Positions 35,447 to 49,100 of a DNA stretch of 64,000 bases are shown here, one piece after another (position 1 is the stretch's first letter; each line of letters begins with the position of its first letter). The stretch comes from Mayamaea pseudoterrestris (Eukaryota): contig BROI01000002.1 of NCBI GenBank assembly GCA_027923505.1, positions 620,001-684,000 on the forward strand. The letters are read 5' to 3'. The position numbers and the translations under genes are program-made. Below the pieces are notes generated by a model, which searched no databases, was not told the DNA's origin, and saw only the letters and a list, made by a program, of their open reading frames with translations.

Positions 35447-36868
35447 CTATCGCCTCGTCCGTTTCTTTTTGAACTGTCCCGGTCGTTGCCTTTGCGTTTC
35501 CCAGCCTCTGCTCTTATCACCTTGTATTCGTTCCATACCTGGAACAAACATTTTTGGCTTTTCAAACGCCTTGTACGAGTCTTCGGCATCAGTTGCTGGA
35601 ACTAGAAAGTCATCGTCGTCGTCATTTTTGGCACGAGTTTCGTTTGCAACGACCTTTTCGGCAAGGTTTGCTTTCGTCTGTCCTGACCTCGTCTTCTTGA
35701 CTGCTTCTTTTTCTTCCTCTTCGTCACCGGCGCTCCTCGATGAAGAACTGCTGCTGCTACTGCTGCTGCTGCTGCTCTGACTCAAATCGTCATCATCTTG
35801 TACTGATGCATTCTTGAGTTTATCACGAGATGCCGCATCATCTAAACTATCATCAACACTCGTAGAAAGTGCATCGTCCTCCTCGAGCGTCTTGTTACCA
35901 GTCTGCTTAATTTCCGTTACATGATGCTCCAAACGATCCAGCTTGTCGTACACCCGCTGCTGCGCCAGGGGATCAGCATCATCGTTGCTGCTTGCATCGC
36001 TGCCAGACTGCGACCGTAATTCATGACTCGCAGCATCATTGTCGGCGGCAACGTCATCATCATTCAATTCATTTTCAGCTTGCAAGGCCGCCTCCAGAAG
36101 AGCTTGCTGGTCCGATTTGACGGTAAATCGGTCATCCTGCAAATCGGAGGCAGCACTCTTTCGTTTGCCACGAGCAGCATCCTCCTCGTCCAAGCATCCA
36201 AACGTCGCATGTTCGTCACTGACGGACCAATCGCTGGGAAGCAAGTCGTACAAGTCTTGCGCAATCCAATTCACGCGCTCGATATTACTTTCGTTGGATG
36301 CCAGTGCCTGCAATATTGCGTGACGTAAGTTGGCTCGCTTGGCCAAGATTTTGGGAGCGTCAATCATGCGCTCGCCGTGCTTCAACAGAGCCAAGTACTT
36401 TTTGTCGCCAGCCACTGGATAGTAGTGCGCCACGTAGACTTGATCCAGGGCAATCTTGAGCAACTCCTCTCGATTATTACCTCTACTGTTGGTCGATTCT
36501 TCGTGCCGCAGTTTACTTTCCATCCGCGTCAGTTTTTGTCGCTCCAAGAAGCGCGTTCCGTGCGAGTCCTTGGCGTATTGTCGGGTTCGCTCCGTCGCCT
36601 GACGGTCATTGGTTTGCTGCCTTAGTTCAAGAATGCGCTGCTGGATTTGCAGAATGCGTGATTTGATAGTTTCATCATTGTTATTGTCTCGTTGTTGTTG
36701 TTGCTGCAGTTTGGCCAGCAGTCGCTCCTGTCCCCGAAGCTGCTGCTTGACGGATCCAGTCTTGGAAGCATGCTTGCTCTGCTTGCGGCGCCACGACTTG
36801 AACTTGCGGTCGAGGCCATGGGCAGGGCGTGGTTTACTTGACGAGGAAAGAAGCGGAGCCTTGACCAT
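35447..36868 (-). CDS. EFG1: rRNA-processing protein Efg1-like, with long acidic/Ser-rich tail
   Basis: Basic N-terminus, then YAKDSHGTRFLERQKLTR and DQVYVAHYYP...KYLAL, resembling the Efg1 motifs YHxVRFFERxK and DLxYxxYxP..KYxSL. Confidence 0.7.
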   Translation of the reverse strand: MVKAPLLSSSSKPRPAHGLDRKFKSWRRKQSKHASKTGSVKQQLRGQERLLAKLQQQQQRDNNNDETIKSRILQIQQRILELRQQTNDRQATERTRQYAKDSHGTRFLERQKLTRMESKLRHEESTNSRGNNREELLKIALDQVYVAHYYPVAGDKKYLALLKHGERMIDAPKILAKRANLRHAILQALASNESNIERVNWIAQDLYDLLPSDWSVSDEHATFGCLDEEDAARGKRKSAASDLQDDRFTVKSDQQALLEAALQAENELNDDDVAADNDAASHELRSQSGSDASSNDDADPLAQQRVYDKLDRLEHHVTEIKQTGNKTLEEDDALSTSVDDSLDDAASRDKLKNASVQDDDDLSQSSSSSSSSSSSSSRSAGDEEEEKEAVKKTRSGQTKANLAEKVVANETRAKNDDDDDFLVPATDAEDSYKAFEKPKMFVPGMERIQGDKSRGWETQRQRPGQFKKKRTRR

Positions 36869-37182
36869 GTTGCTATAAGCTTTTGCTGGATGATGTCTTC
36901 GTCAAAGTTGCTTTGCTTTTCGACGGAACGAGTGGTGAGATTCGGTACCGGTCAGACTCATTTTTTGTCATACCGGTACTCATAGTGACGTCGCGTCATT
37001 CGAAACGGATGCGCTACGAAAAGGAGAGGGCAAAGGAGAGAAGGCTTTTCGTGACTTGTAAGAACGACCATTGCATCTCACAAGGGAGCAGCTTTCTCTA
37101 TAGTAACCTTCTGCTGCATAGAAACTTGGCTTTTTTAAATTCAAGTGTTTGTTGAATTGTCACTTTATCTTTCAGTGCCCTC

Positions 37183-39494
37183 ATGAAAGCCTTCAACGTC
37201 ATTCGCAAGAACAAGCACAAGGCCGAACGAGGTGCCTCCAGCTCGCCCAAGGCGGCCGAGGCGGCTGCCATCTTGACGCCAGTCGTAACGGCTGCCGTGG
37301 ATGAAGGTGCTCCTCAGTCTCCATTGAAAGAAGACGCATCTCCTCCATCGCTCGTCTCGTCGGTGCCCGCGTCTGTTGCCAGCAGCAACATTAAAGTATT
37401 CATTGACTCCAAGGAGCTCCAGGAAACACTTTCCTCCAAATCGTTGCCACAAATCATTGGCGCCATTGACCAAGGCACTTCGTCGACGCGATTCGTCTTG
37501 GTGTCGCAGCATGGACGCATTCTCGCATCGGCGCAGCTTGAAACGCGTCAATACTACCCGCAACCCGGTTGGCACGAGCAAGATCCAAGTGAAATTATTG
37601 ATTCGGTCATGCAGTGCGTCAAAACACTCGAGTCGAATCCGGAACTGCAGCCACTACTAGCGAAACATGGTGTCAAGGCCATTGGCATTACCAATCAGCG
37701 CGAAACGACGCTGGTGTGGAACCGCGTGACAGGCTTGCCCTACTACAAGGCCATTGTGTGGGACGACTTGCGAACAACAGAGATTGCGCAAACGATTCGA
37801 CGCCACGTGGCTTCCAAGGACTACAGTCAAAACAAGCAGCAGCAAAATGGTAACTCGCATTCGAGCAGCTGCAGTATGACGCGCAAGACTGGCTTGCTCA
37901 TCGCGTCGTACTTTTCGGGCACCAAGGTGCGATGGCTGGTTGAAAATGTCCCCGAGCTAGCCAAGGATTTGCAGGAACATCCCGAGCAAGTTTGCTTTGG
38001 AACTGTGGATGTTTGGCTGGCATACCAATTGACTGGAAAGGAGGTTGTTGTTGCCGCTGCTGCTGCTGCTGCTGCTACCACCAATGGCAATGGAAATGGA
38101 GATGCAACGTCGCACCAATTGCACAAGGGAGGATTGTTTGTCACGGACGCAACCAACGCCAGTCGATGGCTCTTTATGGACCTCATTACGCAAACCTGGG
38201 ACGATCAGTTGATCGACACAGTCGTTGGTAGCAGCAACGTTAAGGTTCCAATTTCGGCCTTGCCGGAAATTCATTCGAGCAGTCACACGTATGGAACTTG
38301 TTCGTCGGTGGAAGGTATACCAAAGATGCTGCACAATGTTCCGCTGTCAGCCATTCTGGGGGATCAACAGGCGGCACTCTTTGGACAAACTTGCTTCCTG
38401 CCGGGTGAAGCAAAGGTACGCTCAAGACGAACGCGGGGGCTAGCTTTATCGTCACTCTATCGGAAATGACACTCACTCTTGTTCTCCTTCCATTTGCGCA
38501 GAACACGTATGGTACAGGTTTGTTTCTCATGATGGTCACGGGCGACCAGCCAGTGACTAGTACGCACGGCTTGCTCACGACGATTGGGTACAAGATAGGA
38601 AAAAAGACAACGTATGCGCTCGAAGGTAGCGTCGCTCACTCGGGATCCACCATTCAGTGGCTGCGTGATCAACTACAAATCATTGACAAGGCATCCGATA
38701 CTGAAAGTTTGGCCAAGCCGCAGAATGATGGCATGTATTTTGTCCCAGCATTTGCGGGATTGTTTGCTCCGTACTGGCGACCCGACGCGCGGGCCTGCAT
38801 CGTTGGCATGACGTCGTCGCATGACAAGGGACACTTGTGTCGTGCCACGCTGGAAGCGATTGCCTATCAAACCAAGGATGTGTTCGACGCCATTGAGAAG
38901 GACTCCAACGTGTCTCTCAAGTCGCTTCGAGTTGATGGGGGAGGAACGGCCAATAATCTGCTCATGCAGTTTCAATCGGACATTATCAACGTACCAGTGG
39001 AGTGTCCCGTTGTGTTGGAGACAACTGCCATGGGTACAGCGTTTGCAGCTGGTCTGGCAGTGGGTGTGTGGAAGGATCTCGATCAGATCAAAGCACTTTG
39101 GTCAGTGGCCAAGACATTTGAGCCACAAATGTCGGAACAAGTGCGCTTAAAAAACTTGCGAGGTTGGGACAGAGCAGTCTCAAAGAGTCTTGGCTGGGTC
39201 GGAGATAACAATCAACGCAAAAGATTGAGCCGAATGGAGAGCGAGCTTGTGGAAGCCGATTATGAGGACGCCTTTTCGGATGAGGACGATCTTCAGAGAT
39301 CCATTGAAAGTCTCGACACAAAACGTGTCGAAGTTGTCGCGAGACCGACTGAAACCCGCATGGCGTGGCACATTTTCTCTCATATCTTGTTGACCGCGGC
39401 GGCGGTTGGAGCGGGCTACTTGCTGGGTGAAAGACGACCTGGATTGTTAGCGCCAGGTCGCTTCAAGCTACCGGCGTTTCAACTACGCAAGTAG
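37183..39494 (+). CDS. glpK: Glycerol kinase (FGGY family), two exons
   Basis: Motifs GAIDQGTSSTRF, GITNQRETT, TDATNASR, GDQQAALFGQ, AK|NTYGTG (across intron 38416-38501), YALEGS, VPAFAGLFAPYW, LRVDGG and ETTAMG. Confidence 0.95.
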
Positions 39495-40101
39495 ATGAAC
39501 GGTGATGTCATGGTTTGTGTAGAGTGCCTTAGAGTAATTGCTGCAATTAGACTTCCTGCGGTTGCATACAAAACTTGGGGAGTCACACCTTTACTTTACA
39601 TTTTTAAAGCATGTACTGCACAATCCCATAATAGAGCAGCAAAATCAAAGTTCGGCAGCTCCTCCATGCAACTTTAGCATACCGTGGATGGATACACAGT
39701 AGCAGCCAACTGGTATTTGAAAGCACATCGAAACTGGTTTAGAACTGGTAGCTAATGTGAGGTCCGTGACTCATTATCTCACGTCGCATTATCACCGACT
39801 GTCTTTCCGGTATTCGCGGTCTCCGCGACCTCCTGCATGCGTTCGCTGGCAGCGATATGATGGGTGACAACCAAGTTGGATCCACACCTCTGGCCTTCTC
39901 TCATGGCCTTTCTGAGAGGTTGAATAAGCAAGCAGAAAGGTATAGCCAATCCCTTTAGGTATTCTAGCAGCAAGACAATTTTTAGAGAACTAACGACGTC
40001 GTTCGGAAGAATAGCAAATATCACTGCTACCAAAGAAGATAGAGATCTCTCAATCTCGCCAGTCCCAGTACAGTCGCAGCTCCTATCATATACAAACAAT
40101 C

Positions 40102-43100
40102 ATGTCCGAAGACAGTTCCAACCAAGACGACAGCCGGGAGGATGCGCAGGCTAGAGAAATTTCCATGTTTGCAGCACTCGCTCGAGGCGACCTGACTCTG
40201 CCGACGACCGGTAGCTTTGACAGCTACTCTCAAACGACGTCAACCAACGACGACAATCCGCTGCCGCAACATGACGAAGCATCCACCATGCGCACGGCTG
40301 AATCAGTAGCACCACCACAACTATCCGCGGAGGATCGCAGGGAGCGGCGACAACGGAGCCGCAACCGCAACAGCAACATGCTTCCAAGTGACCTCGCCTC
40401 GCTGGATGAAGCAAGGGCAACGACTGACTTTGGCGCCAGCAACTTTGGCGGAGGCGGGTCCACTGACTTTGGTACCTTTCGGTACACGCAGTCGGCGAAT
40501 GCAACTAGCAGCAGCAGCGCAAGTACTGCTCCCGCGGCGGAGCAAGCCAATTTGGAGGCGGCGGCGCAGGCGCTGCGCAACATGGATGAGCAGCAGTTAA
40601 AGAGCGAATCTACCTCAGCAACAAAAGAGAATGAGAATCAATCACAACAGCCATCAATAGAGACTACGCCGGACGCGCCAATGTGCATTGAGCAGGTTGT
40701 GTTGGAGCGGCCGCTGTTCTTTGGGCCAATTTTGTCGCCTCGCCTCATTGATGAAGGTCGAAGGTTAATTGCTCCGCATGCTCATCGACCTGTCTCGGAA
40801 ATGCCTCCTGGAGTGAGAAACTTTATTGGCGCCGTTCGAACCTTTGGATTCGGCTTGGATAAGTTATTGTTTCTTGACGAGGACGAGTTCGAGCAGTACT
40901 GTTTGGAGAATCCCGAATATTGGAGAGGCGACGCCACAATTTCACTCTACAGTCCGCTGACGGATGAAGCGACGCGAGCGCAACGTATGGAGGAGGTTCG
41001 AAAGCGCAGCCATCGACCAAAACATGTGCAGCGATCGTCCATTGTGCGATCATTGACGGCGCCATCCAGGCTGGGACAACGAGGCAGAGAAAATGACTCG
41101 CAGACGATGTCACTGGCCGACGATATTGATAGCTTTTGGCAGCAGCCATCTGACGAAGGGCGGCAGCAACCGCTTGACGCTCGATCTATATCAGCTCCAG
41201 CATCCATTGATGCAACTGTTGATAGTACAGCTGCAGCAAATGATGCGTTTGGATCATGGCTGCGCGCCGAGAGTGACCGGGACGATGGGGGCGGTGCTTC
41301 GCCCACGCGATCAACAGTGGAGGAAGCGTTGTCGCAGCAGAGCGTCGAGCCTGAACAAGTCACTGAAGAGCCTCCAAAGGTCTTGACGGAGACGGAGCTC
41401 TTTGCCAAGTGGGCGAATGCTAGTGGAATGGGTACAATCTCCTTGGGCACCACACCGCGCGGCAATGATGTCACGACGGACGGCTACAATACTTTTCAGA
41501 AGGTGAGCGGCGGTCGAGATCGTACGGTCGACGATGACGACGATAATGACTCGGTTGTTGACGATGAGCTAAAGAAGCAAGTTGGGCTGAACGAGCATTT
41601 AAGCAAGGCGATTGCGTCGCTCACGGACGATGCGGGACTTGCGCCCGTTGATGATTTCACAGAAGAGGAATCGAAAGGGCTATTTAGTCGAGACAGAAAG
41701 ATGGCACCAAACAAAAGGCCCTTGAGCAATTATGAGCTCACCAAGGGCTGCGTTCCAATGTTTGGTGTTGACGATGATCCGCTACCCGTCGAGAGTGATT
41801 TGGGAGTTCATGAAACTAGAGAGGAGCAGCAGCGATCGAATGACTTGAAAAGGTCACAAGATTACATTGAGAAGTTTGTTGAACCGAATATTTTTGGCTG
41901 TGTGGCTTGTCCAAGCCCCGCGCTTGGTCCGGACGATTTTCATTCATGGAAGTCGCGGACAGCCCCATCGCAATTTCATGTTTCAGGTCCATCATCGAAC
42001 CAGCAAACCATTTCAGCGCGATCGCAGTTAAGTGAACAGTCATCTACAGAGTCGCAGTCCGCGACGCATGACAACCAACTCAAGCAGAAAGCGCCACATA
42101 AGTCTGAGTGGAAAGACCGAATGGGATGGTGGAATGTCGAACATCCTGACAAAACAGCTGGGAATGCAGAAGTTACTACCGGCATCAAGGCCATAACAGA
42201 TGAGTTTCCTTCGCTTCACCTGCCTCCTCTCTGTCATGCTTCCACCTCCATGCGAGTGTCGACGTTGTTAGAACCTACTGCACAATCTTTGCGAGAGAGA
42301 AATTCGCCGCTTGCTAACCTGCATGCCGCGACACCAATGGCCGAATGTTTACCGTACATATCCGATCGGCCACCTAGCTATAGGTATTTACAAGTTGACA
42401 CACAGGCAGTTGGATTTCCTCTCATTGGGGCTGAGATTGAGCCTCTATTCTGCTCCGTTGCGATTTATAATGTAGAGGCCGTATCTGATCACGGGACGAC
42501 TGACAAATCACCGACACCTATGCCAGATTTACAAAGATGCGGTCGTGTGACAGAAGCCTTGCACTTTGATATGGTCAGCGATGATGACGTCTTAAAGCGC
42601 TGTCGCGCTGCTTTGTGGCCAGACTCTCCACCTGAAGCCATGACTGACAACGCGCTGGAATGCTGTCGATGTGGAGTATTTCCCATACCGTCAAACTTGA
42701 GCGTTTCTCATTTATATGTTGTGCTGGTTGTGAAGAAAGTGTTTTCAGGCGATGATGGTTTGGACCCTTATCTTAAACAGTTGCACTCGACTCAAGACGT
42801 GGAACGAGATCGCAGAAAGGCCGAAACGGCGGCAAATTTATATGGCCGCTTTCTGACTCCATTTGCTTTTGGCGTAGCTCCATTGCATCAAGTTTTTGGT
42901 GCAGAAGATCCAGCTGTCGCAACCAGTAGAGCTGTCCAAATACCCTTGTTTGCGTTCCGTGGAGGTGAAAAGACAATTATTGATCATGTGATGGCCATGC
43001 TTTATTCTCGGTGCGTCCGCAAAATAAAACTACCTGCCAATCGACATCTCCGGCTAAATCTAACGTAATTTCTTCACAAAACACAGTGCCGACCCTGTTT

Positions 43101-46100
43101 TAAACCGGGCGCAGGGATCTGCATCCGTAACCAACGGGGGATCCGCAATGCTTATTATGCGAAACTTTGGTTATCTAGGTTTGCACTTGGTTGTTGACAA
43201 GAAAAGTTCTCTAGCTCGGGATCGCCTTATAGATGTTACCGGTGAAGTTCAGATGCGCATGAAATCAGTTGCAGAGACTGATGCCGACTCATTTCGGTCA
43301 GGAAACAAGAGGGAAGACTTGGGCTCGCAGGGAATATGGAAGTCGGTAGCTCCGAGCTGGCGTAGTACGTTTGTCGCCGAACCTGCGGATCACGGACGGC
43401 GAAGTGTATCAAGAGAAATGAATGCCGATCACTTGTCCCATCGTGGTGTTTATGCAAAAGAGCTCGCGGTCGTTCCCTTGCAGCTAACACCTCCCTCGCG
43501 GTTATCACTTCCACCAGCCCGTCCAGGTGTACTCCGATCACAATTACTCCGCCATGACCTTGAAGCTGTGTGCTTCACAACTTTTTGCAATGAGCTCCTG
43601 TTTCATCCACGTCTTGTTCATAACTCTTTTTCCAAGAACGTCATTGTTAAGGCAGAGCTACGTGAAATGCAATACGGCAATAAATCCCATTTCGCGCACC
43701 TGCCAGCGTGCGGTCCTAGGATATTCAACAATCGGCGCGGCCAATTCCTTGTTCAAGAGATTTTCACTTCGTGTTCAACAGAAGACTCTGATCACCAGTT
43801 CTTGGATGAGTTTAAGTTGAAGCTGCCGTTGGATTTGCACCCAGTGGCTGATGATGGGTCGTCAAGACATTTTGCTTTACTGTTCACGGTCTTTAACATC
43901 CTTATGAATAATGAAGATTCGGGTACTGTCGATGAGCGGGTAGAGGGTTGTACGACGAGTTCACTAATAGGCTTTGAAAATGCCAATGTTCTTGAACAAA
44001 TAGCTTGTGGATATCTTCCACTCTCAAGCGGTTCGACTCTGCTCGACGATGGTCTTCATGACGTCCGCATGTCATTCATGGCCCGAGGTCATCCATCTCG
44101 GAGCCATGATGATATGCATGGCCTTATACTGATGGAGCGAGATGCTGTTGATGCTAGCGATTTTGACGGTGAACCTATATCACTGTCAGTAAGAACAGTG
44201 GCTCACTCAACTTTGCACTCTCAGAACAAAACTATTTCCTCGCTGCTCCAATTGGAATCTAGAAACTCCGAGAGTCCTCCTGCATCTACTAAGACAATAG
44301 CTCTAGAGGAGCAGCCTGCAGAGGCTAAGGACGAAGGTTTGCTGTGTGAGCTTTGCATGGAACTTACCAAGCCAAGTGTCTGTGCAATACCCCAATCATC
44401 AAAACATTTTGGGCGTCTTAATCGAGTGCTTTGGCGTATCTTCATTTCCGGTTCAGGGAAAGAAGATCTGGCATGGTCAAACCCTGTCACTTCTATGGAG
44501 CTCCGTGTACAGGCCTTTGCATCCTTAATGCGTTTGCTTGGTTCAACAACGATGTATTTATCGAAAAGCGGCCGCAGCAGGATTGATGGTGCCTCGGGAT
44601 GGAGCATAGTCACACTCAGCCGCTTGGCTGCACTCGAATTTGACGAAGAGCTACTTTTTGGTCGAGGCGCAGTTGAAGCGGTAGTGCCAGACATGTGGTT
44701 GACTAAACTTCGCAGTCAAACGTTGAGTGAGTCCTCGAGCCCTGCATCGGAAAAAAGGAGGCGAAGAGGGCACGTTCGACAAACTTACGACATTTCTAAT
44801 GAAGTACGCCCTCGTCGACGAGATGTAAGTGCGTCAGTTGACTTTTCGTCGCTCAGTGGATCCATTTTTTCGTCCGATGTACCTGGCTTTGAGTCTGGAC
44901 AAAGAAGTGCAGCTAGAAATCAGGATGATCAAAGCTTAAACGTCGGAATGGCGGCAGAAAAACCAAATTTAATTCAGCGATCGAAGACTAGCGAAGGAAA
45001 TAGTAGCGATAATGCCAAACCTCTGGCACCGCTGCACGTCGACTCAAAATCCGATTTCCAGAGTCACCTCCGAGCCGCGATGTTAATGGATCAAGATGTA
45101 GATGGGTTTGACGATGTTGCAGCTCGATCGCTTGTGCACGTATTTGGAGGTGCTTCTGTAAGCGGAAACAGACGCTGGATGACTATGCCGACGCGCTCGT
45201 TGGCGACGATTCGTGAGGTTGATGCGGCCGCCGATGAAGGAACAGCATCTGACGAGTTGTTGGAAGCCACGGATGTTCTGTTGGGCACAAAGGGTCGCTC
45301 TGCAACACAGTTGCTTAAGCCTTCCGCCGTGCAAATGCGTGTACCTTCGCTCAGTAAAAAAGATAAAGTTCTTGCGTCTCCAAATAGCCCTGACTTAAGA
45401 AATGAGACTGCCATGAAATCATCATCCTTATCAGCCTTGTCTGTCCCACTGACGGACCAGGATATTGAGAGTGCAGGCTCTGCTTTTTTGGATACGATAA
45501 GTCAAAGTTTAAAAGACAATTCCGGGGACCGAACGAGTATTTTCGCGGGAGAAGAACGTCGTGTTGGGTTTACTAATCATCGCAGCGGGCGAAGCCACGG
45601 GACAAGTATTGACTGGTCCATAGCCTCAGCGTCCCGGTCAGAAAGTGATCGAGGGTCACAAAACTTTGATGCCAAAGATACAGCAGGACTGTTAATGTTG
45701 AGAGAGGAGGAGACTGGTATTCTTCGACTTCCTAATTTCAAGGAGCGGATATCGATTGATGAGGCGAATACTAGAACTTCTCGTTGGTGGCCCTATGCTT
45801 ACGAAGTTATCATCTGCCAGTGGTGTGCCATCCTGATTACGCAGCGCGTCTCAGCCGAGAAACCCGCCAAGGGAAAGGACACGAAACTGGATGGAACCGA
45901 GCGAGCTCCGTCAAGAGGCAATGATCCTCTAGCTAGAGCAGCAGAGCGATGCAGCGGTGTTTCAATTGCAAGCGCACCGATGCTTTTTGAAGTGATCAAA
46001 CAAAGTCTTGGATTTAGAATAATGAGTCTTTACCGCGGAGCGTATTCAAGCGTCGCTAGTGATCGTTATCACCCTCCTCTCATCATGCTTGACGATTCAA

Positions 46101-49100
46101 TTCTACTCAATCTGGAACACACAATCTCCATGGTGGCTGACGCATGCCTAGACGCTAGAAATTTCGATTCTTGGGAACTGCGGCAGATGAGTATCGATGT
46201 CAACGACTCTATCATACGCTTTTTATGCGATCTATTCAGTTATATAGCTCCGAATGCAGTGCATCGTCTGATTCTCCTGTACTTTTCCAGGTTTGTGACC
46301 CGCGATGGAAAACAATGGCACGAATCGGATTCCTTGATAGGTCTCCGGCCATCATGGGAAATAACAAAACTGCGTCTCAATGCGATTACAGCCCTTGTGC
46401 GCTTTCCTGACTCGATTCGCGTGAGCGGGCCCCAGACTGAAAATTGGCGCAGTAAATGGATTCCTTGTGCGACCAATGTTAAGCTTTTCGATGCGATATT
46501 AAATCAATACGATGACTATCGATTGCTTGATCTAGTTGGTGGAGACGAGATCAGCCGCAAATCCCTTATCGTGGTGCCATCAACGAGGAAGCCGCATTGG
46601 CTTTCCGAGCTGACGGTTGATGTTTGCCTCGTAGGCATCGGTCATGCCGAGCAGCAAATACAACAGCGATCATCTTCTCTCCTTTACGAATTTTTCTGGA
46701 AAGCCAGTCAACATGCTTTTCAATCGGGAGAATGCGCCGCTGTGGGCGCAATGTTTCTTACTCTCATCGAGAAGCTTTTGCCTTGTCTCCAGTATCTATC
46801 CAGTTTCAATGCTTTAAACCAGTTACGGGCGGACGTGGTTCCTTGTGCCATATTCGTCCTACAATCGGCCCCAGCTGGTCTCTTGCGAGCACTGTGGCGG
46901 CGACTTTGCGGGCATTTACCAGGAAAAGGGCGCACCGAGGTGTACGGGTTTTCGTGCGACGTGCCCACGGATCCTCAGAGGCATCAGACTGGTGAGAATG
47001 AGTGCAGCATATTGGACCTCTTTAAGCTTTTAAATCTGTCGCTAAAGACTGTTGAATATTCTGGCTGTGAAGAGAATTTGGAAACGGATCTACTCGAGAA
47101 CTGTGAAATCACCGAATGCTGGAAGCGGGATTTTTTGCTTTCCTATTCCTACGAAAACCACAATGAGAGCCAAAAGAAGCGTAAGATGCCTCCAGATTCC
47201 AGCTCCTGCAATACTACAATATCGCGGCGTTGGATGTCTCATGACGCTGCAATCGTCATAATAGACACTGCCCATGCAGTAGTGTTGGAAATGTACAACA
47301 TATTGTGCTCATCGCACGAAGGGCGATCATTTTTGAATCCTGCCGTTCGAAACCAGCATCCCTTTAGTGAGGAGATGGACACGTACGCTGCCGTTCTTGG
47401 CGTTAATCCCAAGTTAAGCCATCTCGATATTTTAACGTTTGTCAGGGGCGTAACTTCAGTGTATCTTCAGGCCCTTGTCCTTAACGAGAGTGACATTGCG
47501 ATTGTCAAAACGTTCAGAGCAGCTGCCGAAACCATAAAAATCTTTGGGATTCGTGTTTTTCTAGAAGCGCTGTAAGTATGCCTTTTCGGAATGGATGCGA
47601 CGAATCGTAATATTGATGTACACTTTTCTAAAATGTTGTATCCTCATTCCCGCTCAGGGGCGAGACACTTCAGCACTGGATGCGAGTCCTTTACTTCTTG
47701 TGTGGGGCGCGGCGAGCGCAAGTAAGAGTGGAAGCTACCGATGTCCTCGAATTGATCCTTCGAAGTTCTTGGGAATGTTACGGCAGCTTCTTTCGCATTC
47801 GAGTCCCGCTCCTTGCTGTCCAAACTGAGGTCATGGAAAGAATTGTGGCCATCGCTGCCGCACGTTTCTACAAAGAAGAAAGAAGACGTCAGGCTACGTT
47901 TTATGGAACTTTTTCAAACCTTCACGCTGAAGCTAGCTTGGTTCCTTTGTGGCGCACTCTTGATCGAATTGAAAAGCAGCCGGCAAGTCAAAACATTGCA
48001 TTTCGAGGAGCTTTGGTTCGCATAGCCGGCAAGTTGAAGAGACTCTACAGAGCGTACATCGCTGCTCGTGTCTTGTCGTTTATGCAAAGTGCACGGCAGG
48101 ACGCTCAAGGCGTTGAGCCTCCAAGAGACCGCCTGGCCGAATCATCTATGCGAGCTCAACGTATCAGCGTTTTGAGGGTTATCAATGCTTCCGAGAATTA
48201 CAGCAAGCAATTTTTGGGTCTGCAAGGTACCTACCAAAGCATACACAATCTTGCACATTATGAGGCGGTCGAAGATGCCATGGTCAATGCCGCTGACGTC
48301 TTTTCTCCGACGGAGCTACCAGAGCACCGCGTGGCGTGGCTTCGGATGCTTGCGGACTTCCATGCTACACGAAGAAAGTTTGCTGAAGAAGCTACGTGCC
48401 ACTTTCAAATCCATACGACGTTGCGACACGCAGCTCGGTTGCATGGGTCGCTGTGGTCGAATTCACCGTTTTTGCCATGGACGGATAACATGCCCGACCC
48501 GGTGTATATAGATGGAGATCGAGAATTAGCGAATACAGATGCTGAGTCAGAGTTGGATTATGACAGTAACGAAACTAGTTTTGTTCGACAAACAGAGAAT
48601 GCTAGCTCATTTCGAAGGATATTTTATCGCGTGGCGAATTCGATTGCCACCGGAATTGGTGAATGGGAAACGGGTGCGGGCAGGAACTTATTTTACGGGA
48701 CATCTTGTGCATCAGAATATAACACAGTTCTGCCCTGGTTAACATTACGTGAGATGGAAGAAAACATGGTCGAAGAGGCCGAGGCTGCAGGTGAATTATA
48801 CCTCCAGGCCGGTATCATACCTAGCTCTCGATATTCATGGAACATTGCTACCCAATACTATGCGGAAAGGTACAATTACACAAAATTGGCTCTAACATAC
48901 AGTAACTTGGCAGCTACCGTTGTCACTAGCGTGCCCCCAATTGACAAAAACATCCCACAAGAGATATCGGCAGCACTTGGTCGTTTCTACCGGGTCTGGT
49001 TTCATGGGGGCGCTCCGGATGAGCTCAGCGGCGTCGAATTTATCTACCGCACAGAAGCGAACATCCGCTTAGATAATTTTGGAGACCACTTGAAGAGCAT

